Shown: piece by piece, positions 17,952-27,859 of the stretch | Layout of the letters: each line of letters starts with the position of its first letter | Numbering within the stretch: position 1 is the stretch's first letter | UHGV virus genome: UHGV-1364187 | Length of the DNA: 64,000 nucleotides | Origin: a virus | Strand: one strand, 5' to 3' | Translations under genes and position numbers: made by a program | The notes under the pieces: model-generated | Told to the model about the DNA's origin: nothing | What the model saw: only the letters and a program-made list of their open reading frames with translations | Database searches by the model: none

Positions 17952-19682
17952 TTAGAATCCTTTACTATTAAGGATTGTAACACGTCCTTGTACTGGTTGA
18001 TATTCATAGAATTTCCAACGATCAAATGCATGAATTGCTGGTAATGTTGGGTTAGCAGCATTTCTAATATCATTTGCAATGTAAAGTTGGTAATCGTATA
18101 CCATGTACATAATTCTGTTTGTTCCTCTTGGTTTAAGAAGGATAATAAGGTCATCTGGATTATTTCCATTTCCTGACCAATGACCTGTATTAAGGTTTTT
18201 ACGAATTTTATCTGTAGAGATGAATTCATATCTACGGTTATCTGTTGTAACAACAGTTTTCTTGAAGTCTAATGCAACTCCACCTTGAGTAGTATTAGAA
18301 CCTGTTGTATATGTGATTGGCATTGTTTTACGAATTAAATCAGTTCTACCAATTACAGTGATATCCACGTTTGGATCGTTCCAAACCTGGATCATGTCTG
18401 TTGCTAATGTATCTAACTGATCCATGAATAAGTCATGTCTCCATTGAACTGGAGAACTAGATAAGTATCCACCTTTTAATGCAAAATCAATAGAATCACT
18501 GAATTTTTGTGATTTATGTAATGTTGCATATGATTTATCAAGTTCTTGTTTGATAGAGTCATCTTTCCAGTTACCCATTACGTCTTTAATCATAGACATA
18601 AGTTTAGTAAGTTGGTTTACTCCATAAAGAGCTTGAACGTCTTTGATTTCTTCTGGAGATACAGGAATGTTAATAGGAATTGATGTACCAATTTCTACTA
18701 AGCTTTCTTCTGTTTTCCATTTTACACTACATGTATTTACTAAGCCATTAGAAGTATCTTTTCTAGCTGTAAGTCTAATAGCTTTAATATTTCCTCCAGT
18801 ACAATGAGCAACTAATTGGTCATTGTATAACATAGCTGATAAGTAATCTCCTACTGGTTCAGCATCTGGATGTTGATCTGCACAAACGTCGTTTGTGATT
18901 TTGATTGTTTCATTAACATAACGTTTTTCACCATCACCATAACCTGGTGTAAAGCCATAATTTACATCAATCCAAACATCTGCAGTAACAGCTGGAGTTA
19001 GAATACTACCCATAGTGTCATATACAGGTGGTGTTGTAATAACAGTTGCTAAGATACCAGAAATATATGATTCAACAGCGATATGATCTTGAGCACCAGC
19101 ACCAATAGCATCAATAAGATTTGTTGTTGCTTGTTCTGGTAAAGTCATTTCGATAGTTTTGAATGGAACTGTTGAATCGAAAGCATCTTTGATAGCACTT
19201 TGTTCATAGAATAAATCAATTTCTTTTCCATCTGGTGTTGTCATGAAACGTTTTTCCATAGTGATAGTAAATTTAGGAGTATTAGCTACACCACGAGAAA
19301 TACCACCATTATCAAATACGTTGTTCATCATGAAATATTTATGCATTGGAAAAGCCATACCAATAACAGGGTTGAAAGTTGCTAAGTTACCAGCAGCTTC
19401 AAGTACACCTTGACGGTCGTTTTCAAATAATTGATTCATGTCTTCTTCATGTTCATTCATAGCAACAGGATCTAATTCTTCTGTTGTAGAATCTTCAACG
19501 AAGAATTCACGTAGAGCACTATAAGCATCTTCCCTTTGACAAATTTTTGCACTTTCTGAAAAGAAATCAACTTGTGATTCATTCATGATATCACCGATTA
19601 CACGTGCAAATTTTTGTGCATATGGTTGTAATGCTGTTGAAGAAAAACTAAATTTGTTATCTTTATTTTTACCAAAGATCAT
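17952..19682 (-). CDS. virion structural protein, possibly the major capsid protein
   Basis: 576 aa. Higher GC and T/G/N/V-rich beta-type composition, strong RBS AAAGGAGGAATTTCAG ATG, own terminator. Sits downstream of a scaffold-like acidic protein gene. No motif-level proof. Confidence 0.4.
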   Translation of the reverse strand: MIFGKNKDNKFSFSSTALQPYAQKFARVIGDIMNESQVDFFSESAKICQREDAYSALREFFVEDSTTEELDPVAMNEHEEDMNQLFENDRQGVLEAAGNLATFNPVIGMAFPMHKYFMMNNVFDNGGISRGVANTPKFTITMEKRFMTTPDGKEIDLFYEQSAIKDAFDSTVPFKTIEMTLPEQATTNLIDAIGAGAQDHIAVESYISGILATVITTPPVYDTMGSILTPAVTADVWIDVNYGFTPGYGDGEKRYVNETIKITNDVCADQHPDAEPVGDYLSAMLYNDQLVAHCTGGNIKAIRLTARKDTSNGLVNTCSVKWKTEESLVEIGTSIPINIPVSPEEIKDVQALYGVNQLTKLMSMIKDVMGNWKDDSIKQELDKSYATLHKSQKFSDSIDFALKGGYLSSSPVQWRHDLFMDQLDTLATDMIQVWNDPNVDITVIGRTDLIRKTMPITYTTGSNTTQGGVALDFKKTVVTTDNRRYEFISTDKIRKNLNTGHWSGNGNNPDDLIILLKPRGTNRIMYMVYDYQLYIANDIRNAANPTLPAIHAFDRWKFYEYQPVQGRVTILNSKGF

Positions 19683-19754
19683 CTGAAATTCCTCCTTTAA
19701 GGGTTTTTACTTATTTCAAGCATTTATTATATAGTTATTTCTGGAAGTTCTAAA

Positions 19755-20471
19755 TCACTGTTTTTTAGGAGCTATTTCTTGAAAAAGTTTTTCTATATCT
19801 TTGAGAATAAGAAGATAAAATTCATATTGTTTTATATTTTGTATATATGAACGTGTTTCATATGTATAATACATATAATGTTCAACTTCATCTTGTGTTT
19901 CTGATAATTTCTTATTTATAAATTCTATAACATTTTGTACTTTTGGTTCTGGTTTTATTCTTTGTAATTTTGTTTTTACATCATCTATTACATCATAAAG
20001 TTTTTTAAAATTTGATTTAAGTTCTTTATTCTTTATTTCCATTTCTTTATCTGACAATTTAAATAAGTTTTTCTCTTTCTCAACTAGTGGATTTGTATTT
20101 GGATCTGATATATTATCATCCATATTTTCATCTCCAGTAGTATCTGTATCTCCACCATCTTCTGGAGGAGTATCACCATCCATAGTATAGTCATCTCCTC
20201 CATCATCAGTAGTGTCATCTGTTGGTTCATCTCTATTATCTTCATTATTAGTCGGTGGTTCTTCATCATCTAAAGTGTAATCATCCCCACCATCATCTGT
20301 AGTAGTGTCATCTGTTGGTTCTTCTTCTGGAGTTTCTTCTGGTTGATCATCTGTATTATCAACACCACCATCTCCAGCATTTAATGTATAATCATTTTCT
20401 GGTTTTTCTTTAGGTGGATTAGTGTTTTTAATAGTATAATCCACCTCATTAATTATTCTTCCAAATATCAT
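19755..20471 (-). CDS. acidic tandem-repeat protein with C-terminal coiled coil (scaffold-like)
   Basis: Repeats EPTDDTTTDDGGDDYTLD x2-3; ~45-nt DNA repeats at ~20196-20240 and 20281-20325. The ORF-track start MCIM trimmed to MIFG. Confidence 0.5.
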   Translation of the reverse strand: MIFGRIINEVDYTIKNTNPPKEKPENDYTLNAGDGGVDNTDDQPEETPEEEPTDDTTTDDGGDDYTLDDEEPPTNNEDNRDEPTDDTTDDGGDDYTMDGDTPPEDGGDTDTTGDENMDDNISDPNTNPLVEKEKNLFKLSDKEMEIKNKELKSNFKKLYDVIDDVKTKLQRIKPEPKVQNVIEFINKKLSETQDEVEHYMYYTYETRSYIQNIKQYEFYLLILKDIEKLFQEIAPKKQ

Positions 20472-22327
20472 AATACACACCCACTTTCATGATATAATCT
20501 AATATTATACTTAATTCTCTTATATTCTTTTTCATATCTAGCTTGTAATCTATATAGTTCTTCTAATGCTTTATCATCACCTTTCATTTCAGCTTGATTG
20601 ATTTTTCTTTCAATAATCTTTTGTTGAACTTTAAGTTCATCTAAGATATATTGTTTTTCTTTAATAGTAGCTTTCTTAGATACAGCATATCCTACTAGTA
20701 TTGTAAGTGCTGTTGCAACAGGAGCAAATAATGCACCAACAGTTCCAGCAGCTGCCAATTTAACCATCTTTGTTAGAGAAGGAGCAACTTTACCTTTAAT
20801 AACATTTTCTCGTTTTTCTAAAGACATTGAACGTTGAAAATCTCTAACAAATATATCAAATCTATTATCAATCTCGGAACATATAGCTTTTTCTTTAGTG
20901 GTAAGTTTGGTCATTGTATTTTTAAGTTTTTCTTTTACAAGTTTTACCGTATTCATTAGATTACCACCCTCGTCTATAAGAGTATTAAGTTTATTTTCAT
21001 TAATCATTGTATGAATTATATTAATATCATCATAATTTTCATTTTCTATAGCTTCACTAATACAAGATAACAATGCAAAGTTTACAACATTAGATTGCTC
21101 TAAGAAATCATCATCCCAATCATCATCAAGTTCATCATCCATATCACTCTTAAGACTATTTTTATAATCTTCTACCTTTTCAATACATACATTTAATTTA
21201 TCTAGATATTTTTTTAGTTCTTCTGTTTCTTTCTTATCTATCTTTTTCTGCACTTTTTTCTTTTCAGATTTAAGAGCATCTAAATATCTATCAGTTTGTT
21301 CTATATCCATATTTTTACTAATTACATATTGAACAAATGCTGATAGAATACCTAATACTGGATGAATATATGCTACACCAAGAGAAGTTATAGTACCAGT
21401 AATGATACCAAATACATGTGGACAATCTTCAACACATTCTTCTAAAGATCTAGCATATACTTTAGTCATTACACCTTTTAAACCATCTACAGATTTTGTA
21501 GATACCTTATAAGCATCACATGAATCTTTAATCTTGTTCTTTTTCTTAAAGATACCATTTGATAATTCTTTCTTTTCTTCAAAAATAGCAAGAACTTCTT
21601 GTTTTGATTCATCTGAATACAAATTCATTTCTGAAATTACATTCATAATTTCAGATTTGTCTAAAGATGAATGATCCACATAATATTCTGATACAGTTTT
21701 TAATATAAGAGATTCATTAACAGCAATCTTTGCACTATTAAATGCAAATAATATAGATTCTAATGTAATATTAAATCTATATAATTCTTTTACATTAGGA
21801 TAGTTTACAAACATAGATTCTGTTATATCTGTAAGTACTTGTTTTCTATATTCATCATTATTGGACATATTAAATTTACAGTTTCTAATAGTTCTATTAA
21901 GATCTAATTTATTATTGATCTTTTCATAGTTTTCATTAATTCTGTTATATAACTTATATTTTTCTAATGTATCTAATAAATCATAGTTTACATCCTCTGC
22001 AGTAGATACTTCTTCTACTAAATTTGATAAACAGTCTTCTGATATTCTATATAGTAATTCTCTATCCATATAGTTTATAATAGTTTTTTGTTCAGTCTCA
22101 TTAAAACTTGAAAGTTTCTGAATTACTTGACATGTAACAGTGTCAGGATTATGTGATATTCCCGTCCAATTTTCTATCACATATTTAATATCATTAACTG
22201 TTTTACAGTCTGTTAGTTTTCTCTTTATATTACTAACACTTTCTGTTATTTGTTTTATAATTGAATATTTCTTATTGTATCTTACTTTCATTAATGATTT
22301 TATACTTATTGTTTTCATAGTATTCAT
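20468..22327 (-). CDS. large coiled-coil protein with two hydrophobic helices (head morphogenesis or membrane protein)
   Basis: 619 aa; hydrophobic stretches GIITGTITSLGVAYIHPVLGILSAFV and LAAAGTVGALFAPVATALTILVGYAV. Confidence 0.45.
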   Translation of the reverse strand: MNTMKTISIKSLMKVRYNKKYSIIKQITESVSNIKRKLTDCKTVNDIKYVIENWTGISHNPDTVTCQVIQKLSSFNETEQKTIINYMDRELLYRISEDCLSNLVEEVSTAEDVNYDLLDTLEKYKLYNRINENYEKINNKLDLNRTIRNCKFNMSNNDEYRKQVLTDITESMFVNYPNVKELYRFNITLESILFAFNSAKIAVNESLILKTVSEYYVDHSSLDKSEIMNVISEMNLYSDESKQEVLAIFEEKKELSNGIFKKKNKIKDSCDAYKVSTKSVDGLKGVMTKVYARSLEECVEDCPHVFGIITGTITSLGVAYIHPVLGILSAFVQYVISKNMDIEQTDRYLDALKSEKKKVQKKIDKKETEELKKYLDKLNVCIEKVEDYKNSLKSDMDDELDDDWDDDFLEQSNVVNFALLSCISEAIENENYDDINIIHTMINENKLNTLIDEGGNLMNTVKLVKEKLKNTMTKLTTKEKAICSEIDNRFDIFVRDFQRSMSLEKRENVIKGKVAPSLTKMVKLAAAGTVGALFAPVATALTILVGYAVSKKATIKEKQYILDELKVQQKIIERKINQAEMKGDDKALEELYRLQARYEKEYKRIKYNIRLYHESGCVL

Positions 22328-22427
22328 TCCTTTCTATACTCATTATTTCAAATTACTATAGTGTTAAACTCATAACCCTATAAGTTAACACATAGGTAAT
22401 TATAAAAAATAAAAGGAGGACATTATA

Positions 22428-23231
22428 ATGGTAAACAATATAGGATATATGATCTGTGAAGTAGCATCTTCAGAAGCTAGAAAACCTGTTATCGTTGATA
22501 GGGTAAACGATCGTGTAGTAATAGAAGCTATTTTACAAGATCTTAATATTAAAAATAGAAATGGCAGATATTATTCAACAGAAGAACTAATACCTCAATT
22601 AACATGTGAAAGAACAATGGAACTTCTTAATGCAAATGGTATTCCTGGTGAAGCTGGTCATCCATTAGCAAAAGATTTAGTACGTCAACAATCTATAGAC
22701 CCAATGAGGGTAAGCCATTATATAACAAAATTATGGCATGATAGAAATGATATTAAAGGTCATGTTAGAGCAGCCAGAGGTCAAGCTGGTGATTTATTTA
22801 ATGATACAGTTCTTGATGGCATTAAAATGGCATTCTCATTAAGAGCACTAGGTACAGTTGTTAATACAAAAAATGGTGCAGAAGTTAAAAATATTAAAGT
22901 AATTACATGGGACTGGGTGTATTATCCATCGCACAAACGTGCATATCAAACTGGTATTGTTACTGAATCATCTATAATGAATGATGAACAAAATGGTGTT
23001 ACTGGATTATTTACACCATTTAATACAAAACAGGTAATAAACTTTATTAAAGAATCATCATGTAATTTCAAAACTATAACAGAATCTTTTGAATTTTTAT
23101 ATAAAGATATTACCATGATAGATCCTAAACATGTACAACTTGTAGCTGATAGTGGTGAAGTTGTAGTTTGTAAACTAGAAGATCATGTAAGTAATGAAAT
23201 TATGTCATATTGTAGAGGATTTAAATACTAA
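22428..23231 (+). CDS. hypothetical protein (possible prohead protease or core protein by position only)
   Basis: ORF with RBS AAAAGGAGGACATTATA ATG; contains GEAGHP. Confidence 0.4.
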   Translation: MVNNIGYMICEVASSEARKPVIVDRVNDRVVIEAILQDLNIKNRNGRYYSTEELIPQLTCERTMELLNANGIPGEAGHPLAKDLVRQQSIDPMRVSHYITKLWHDRNDIKGHVRAARGQAGDLFNDTVLDGIKMAFSLRALGTVVNTKNGAEVKNIKVITWDWVYYPSHKRAYQTGIVTESSIMNDEQNGVTGLFTPFNTKQVINFIKESSCNFKTITESFEFLYKDITMIDPKHVQLVADSGEVVVCKLEDHVSNEIMSYCRGFKY

Positions 23232-23268
23232 AAAATAAAAGATAAGAGTCTATAGACTCTTATCTTTA
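23232..23268. terminator. bidirectional terminator AAGATAAGAGTCTATAGACTCTTATCTT
   Basis: 14-bp palindrome between convergent genes. Confidence 0.7.
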
Positions 23269-24111
23269 TATATAATATAATTCTTTATTGATATAAGTAT
23301 TACTATCATTTGAATATATGTAATATTTATCTGAATGAACAAATCTTAATTGCATCTTTCCATTACTATCATAGATATATTTAAGGTTATCATGATTATC
23401 ATAATAATATGTCTTTTTATCAATATAAGATCTATATTCTATAATTTGTCCTTTAGTATTATATGAGATGAATGTATCACCAATGCCACTATATATACAA
23501 CATAATAATCCATCATCATTATATGAAAATCTATACTTGACATTGTCTATATGCTCTTCTAATACTAAATTTGTATTAGGATTTATTATTTGGAATAGTT
23601 TAGTTGTACCGCTACATAAATCTTCACAATAAACACTATAACATACTAAATCATTATAAGATTTTATTTGTGATTCAAATAGATATGATTTATCTAATAT
23701 GCGTTTATTATATTTAGAATGAACTGTAATTTGAGTTCTTTTATGTCCTAGATTTAATGTCTTCATTATATATAAATGAATATTATTACGATTTGCAACG
23801 TATTCTTTACAATCTTTTATATCTACAAGTCTATAAAAATCTCCATACTTATAGTTTATAATAGCATCTATAATTACAGTATGTTTTGTATATTTGATAT
23901 TTATTTCTACAATAGGTTTTTCAAATTCATCATCTAATAATACAGCTTTAACTGGTTTATTATTACTATATCTTACATTATAATGGATATTATCTTTAAA
24001 TAAAGATTTAAGATTACCATTAGGCATCTTTCTTAAACGATATACTAATTTAGGTCTTCTTTCATTATTATATTTATAAATCTTTCTGTCTCTTAAAGCT
24101 AAATCTTTCAT
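23266..24111 (-). CDS. hypothetical protein with YD-repeat-like segments
   Basis: YIDKKTYYYDNHDNLKYIYDSNGKM. The ORF-track start MFIMK was trimmed by 9 nt to the ATG with proper SD spacing. Confidence 0.5.
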   Translation of the reverse strand: MKDLALRDRKIYKYNNERRPKLVYRLRKMPNGNLKSLFKDNIHYNVRYSNNKPVKAVLLDDEFEKPIVEINIKYTKHTVIIDAIINYKYGDFYRLVDIKDCKEYVANRNNIHLYIMKTLNLGHKRTQITVHSKYNKRILDKSYLFESQIKSYNDLVCYSVYCEDLCSGTTKLFQIINPNTNLVLEEHIDNVKYRFSYNDDGLLCCIYSGIGDTFISYNTKGQIIEYRSYIDKKTYYYDNHDNLKYIYDSNGKMQLRFVHSDKYYIYSNDSNTYINKELYYI

Positions 24112-24140
24112 TATGAACATCTCCTTTAATATTTATCATA

Positions 24141-24168
24141 TTCACTATAATAATATATAGTTGAAATT
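24141..24168 (-). promoter_or_regulatory. conserved promoter motif upstream of the 24111 gene
   Basis: reverse complement reads AATTTCAACTATATATTATTATAGTGAA. Confidence 0.5.
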
Positions 24169-24222
24169 CATTTTGCTTAGTAAAAACACTATAATAATTA
24201 AAAAATAAAGGAGTGTGATAAT

Positions 24223-24990
24223 ATGTTTACTAACTCTATGTCTAGACTATTAAATAAAGTTGCTCTTATGTTAGAAGTTGGATATATAGAACAATTCTTT
24301 CCAGATGAAATTAAAAGAGACAAATGGGTAGAAGTTGTAACTGGTACTAGCTTATTAGATTTTTCTAAATATGTACCAAATGAAGTTCCATATCAAGTTC
24401 ATACTAGTACTATGGATAAAGATGGTTGGTATTATATTGATGAATCATTTATTCCTGGAAACGTAAAAATTCTTGGAATACGAGATTTGGATTTCGAAAT
24501 GTTATCTAGAGATTCTACATCCATTGTAGGTTCATCATATTATGGTGTATATGACACACAAAGTATATATAGTTTTACAGATGTAATGGATGTTCAAATG
24601 TTAGCTGATACTAATAGTATATTTAATAATGGTATATATGTAGAATTTAAAGAACCTAATAGAATTAGACTTAAAACATCTACTAGGGATTTTATTAAAT
24701 ATCCAGCACCAACTTTTCCTATTACTATTTACTTATCTCATGCAGAGAATCTTCTTACTATATCTCCTACTAAGATGGAACTATTAGAAGAATTATCCGC
24801 TTGTGATATAGCAAAATTCTTATATGCAACACTTAAGTATTTTGATCATTTTGAAACTTCATTTGGTAATGTAGAATTAAAACTTGAGACAATAGAAGAA
24901 TACAAGAATAAAAGAGATGAGGTTATGCAAAAATTAAAAGATGGATTTATTTCTGCTGGCGGATCATACCCATTATTTATGACAGTATAA
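24223..24990 (+). CDS. hypothetical protein
   Basis: ORF with RBS AAAGGAGTGTGATAAT ATG. Confidence 0.5.
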   Translation: MFTNSMSRLLNKVALMLEVGYIEQFFPDEIKRDKWVEVVTGTSLLDFSKYVPNEVPYQVHTSTMDKDGWYYIDESFIPGNVKILGIRDLDFEMLSRDSTSIVGSSYYGVYDTQSIYSFTDVMDVQMLADTNSIFNNGIYVEFKEPNRIRLKTSTRDFIKYPAPTFPITIYLSHAENLLTISPTKMELLEELSACDIAKFLYATLKYFDHFETSFGNVELKLETIEEYKNKRDEVMQKLKDGFISAGGSYPLFMTV

Positions 24991-25028
24991 AAAATAAAGA
25001 AGAGTACTAATACTCTTCTTTATTATCT
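24991..25028. terminator. terminator AAGAAGAGTACTAATACTCTTCTT
   Basis: palindrome with A/T tracts. Confidence 0.65.
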
Positions 25029-25029
25029 T

Positions 25030-25723
25030 TTATTCTTTTGGTTCTATTGTTGCTGGAACAATCAGTTGTTTAATCTCATTTACACTTTTATTGAGTTGAT
25101 TTTCCAGATTATCAATTCTAATATTCATTCCACATATAGCATTCATAATCTTTTGTTGATTACTTATAACAGATGGTATAAATATATCATTTAATAATTT
25201 ACCAATATTATATAACTGGTTAAGATTATCAATATCATACGAATTACCATTTATATCCATCATTGTTGTAAATGGATAATATTGAGTATTATCTGTAAAA
25301 GTATCTTTAACTTTATCTATTTCGTATATTGGATTATTCATTTGGAAATTTGGATCATGATTTTGATCTGTATATGTACCATTCATATAGATAGATGGTA
25401 ATAATTCATAAGAAATCCAATTCTTAAATTCTTCAGCGAATGGCATTTTAGAACTATAAATTAAATTGAATACATCTGGTAGTTTAATAAAATTTGTAGA
25501 ACGCTCTCTATTCATTGAATCTATTACCTGTTGTTTTGACAGGTAATCGCAATGTGCCTTTAATGCAAGAACGACTCTTTGGATGATAACCTAAAATATC
25601 TAACACATCATTAGCACAGAATAACGTATCCATCTGGTTACCACTCTCTGCTGGGATAATTCTTACACTTCCTAAATTGTTGAAAATAAACTCTTGTACT
25701 TTATTCATTTTTGATTCCTCCAT
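25030..25723 (-). pseudogene. Bro-N domain protein split into two ORFs (25723..25508 and 25515..25030); C-terminal tag QLIVPATIEPKE
   Basis: Both halves are paralogous to the 47344..46736 Bro-N protein. At the junction, AATAGA-ttcaatg-AATAGA looks like a 13-nt duplication that shifts the frame and creates a new ATG. Confidence 0.55.
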
Positions 25724-25760
25724 TTATTTTAAATTTTTTATTTTAAAATAGAATATTCTA

Positions 25761-25785
25761 TTCACTATAATAATATATAACTAAG
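25761..25785 (-). promoter_or_regulatory. conserved promoter motif upstream of the Bro-N gene
   Basis: reverse complement reads CTTAGTTATATATTATTATAGTGAA. Confidence 0.45.
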
Positions 25786-26083
25786 ATTTATATTAAAATA
25801 AAGACTAAGAGATTAAAATTCTCTTAGTCTTTATTATACTTTTTAGATTGCTCGTTTACAGGTTTTCTTTGTTTTGTTTTTCTTTTTGTTCTAAATGTAT
25901 CTTGTTCTTTAGCGTCGAAATCTTCCCATTCTTTAATAGCTGTTTCTAAGTTCATATTTTTCATTTTAATTTATCCTCTCTATGTAAAGTTTTATTCAAC
26001 TGTAACAAGACATTCATTAATAACTTCTTCAGCATACATATAAATTCCTCCCTCAAAATTAATAATACATAATTGTTAGCATG

Positions 26084-26860
26084 TTAATCAAAGAAACCTT
26101 TCTTAAGTTGACGTCTTTTGTTACCTTCTAGCTTATCAATATCAGGTTCTTGATTTTCATATATTTTATTTTGATCATTAGGTTGCCACATATTTGTACC
26201 GAATGGTGGTCTTCCGAAATATGCCATTAATGTACTAGCGGCATTGTACATATCTATAGATCCAATTAAATAATATAATTCCATAAATGAATCCATATTC
26301 ACTTCAAAACTATTTCCATTATTGATTGTAAATACAACACCAGAAACCATTTCTCCTTTATTATCCATTACACATGGATGTATTATTATATAATTACCTT
26401 GATTTAATCCTTTTATTATTAATTCATGTTGACCGAATATAACCATTTTATTATCTCTCGTACCATAAATTCCTGGTATATATTTACCGTCAACAATATC
26501 ACCCATAAACCAATGATATATTATTTCAAATTGACTTCGTATATATAATATATCACATGCCCGTATCATAATAAAATCTTTATTACCAAATTCATCTTGT
26601 CTAGAAGACTCAATAGATAAATAATATGTCATATGTCTTCTAATAGTATTTCCTGCAAATACATTACTATATTTTCTAGTTTCATATCTATATTCTGTAT
26701 GAAATGGCATCTTTTTACCATCATTACTCATATTTGATAATGAAACATTGAATCTTAATAAATAACTACATTTAGATGTCTTACTATATCCTAACCACAT
26801 TAAATCATCTGTTATTTTTTCATAATCATCATGTACAAATACAGCTGGAATTTCAGCCAT
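26084..26860 (-). CDS. hypothetical protein
   Basis: ORF. Confidence 0.45.
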   Translation of the reverse strand: MAEIPAVFVHDDYEKITDDLMWLGYSKTSKCSYLLRFNVSLSNMSNDGKKMPFHTEYRYETRKYSNVFAGNTIRRHMTYYLSIESSRQDEFGNKDFIMIRACDILYIRSQFEIIYHWFMGDIVDGKYIPGIYGTRDNKMVIFGQHELIIKGLNQGNYIIIHPCVMDNKGEMVSGVVFTINNGNSFEVNMDSFMELYYLIGSIDMYNAASTLMAYFGRPPFGTNMWQPNDQNKIYENQEPDIDKLEGNKRRQLKKGFFD

Positions 26861-26904
26861 AACAATTCCTCCCTTAAGTATTACAATTAGTACAAAGTTA
26901 AGCT

Positions 26905-26940
26905 AAAAATAAAAGTCTACTTTTTAGTAGACTTTTATAA
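26905..26940. terminator. terminator AAAAGTCTACTTTTTAGTAGACTTTT
   Basis: palindrome. Confidence 0.6.
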
Positions 26941-26950
26941 TTTGTAAATT

Positions 26951-27772
26951 CTAATAACCATACACATCATAGTATGGTTGTTGATATTGTTGATTTAATG
27001 CTTGTTGTTGCATTAATACTTGTTCCTCATATGTTGCTTGTTCTTCTTGTTGTTTAATGATTTCTTGTGATTGAATAAATACATTCTCTTCACATTGATG
27101 ATCACTAGCTTCTACTTCTGGACTAATAATTTGCATTGGAGAATCATCAATAACTTCGACAGTAATACCATTACCATCTTCAAACAATGATGAACATAAT
27201 GTTTGTTCTCCAGTTTGTACTGCTTGAATTGCATCTTGTGGGTTTTCATATACATATTCTTTAAGTAAATCTTCTTTTGTTAATACTTTAGCAGCCTCTT
27301 TATGTTCTTTAGGTTGTTCTTCTACTTTTCCTTCAATAAGTTCTCCCCATTCTTTAATAGGTTTATCATTTGTAATTCCATTGATTAATCTTTCAAAATC
27401 ATATTTTAAATTTACAGATTGATTTAACATTTCAACATTAACAATCTTACCGTCTTTTGATACTGATAATTTTAAATCATTATCTCCATATTTAACTGAT
27501 ACTACACCATTATTTAATGAAATATTTTTATCTTTGTTTCTATTCTTTAATTCATTACAAAGAACAAATCCATATGATTCATTAATAGCAAAGTTTCTAA
27601 AACTTCTATAGCCTGATACAACTGCTGTTGTTAAATCTGCTAATAAAGAATTTCCTTTAATTGTAGCTGCACTTGTTGTAATTTGTACTTCGTGTGAAAC
27701 TTTACCTGCAATTATGCAAGCACCTTCACAAGTATCATTTACTACTTTCATTACATTGTCTAATAATTTCAT
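26951..27772 (-). CDS. hypothetical protein with Q-rich C-terminus
   Basis: The MFIMK artefact trimmed to MKLLDN. Confidence 0.45.
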   Translation of the reverse strand: MKLLDNVMKVVNDTCEGACIIAGKVSHEVQITTSAATIKGNSLLADLTTAVVSGYRSFRNFAINESYGFVLCNELKNRNKDKNISLNNGVVSVKYGDNDLKLSVSKDGKIVNVEMLNQSVNLKYDFERLINGITNDKPIKEWGELIEGKVEEQPKEHKEAAKVLTKEDLLKEYVYENPQDAIQAVQTGEQTLCSSLFEDGNGITVEVIDDSPMQIISPEVEASDHQCEENVFIQSQEIIKQQEEQATYEEQVLMQQQALNQQYQQPYYDVYGY

Positions 27773-27810
27773 TATAAACATCTCCTTTGAATATATTATG
27801 TATTGTTTAT

Positions 27811-27837
27811 TTCATATATATAATATATAATTGAAAA
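27811..27837 (-). promoter_or_regulatory. conserved promoter motif upstream of the 27772 gene
   Basis: reverse complement reads CAATTATATATTATATATATGAAATAA. Confidence 0.5.
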
Positions 27838-27859
27838 TTGAAACTATGACAAAAATATG

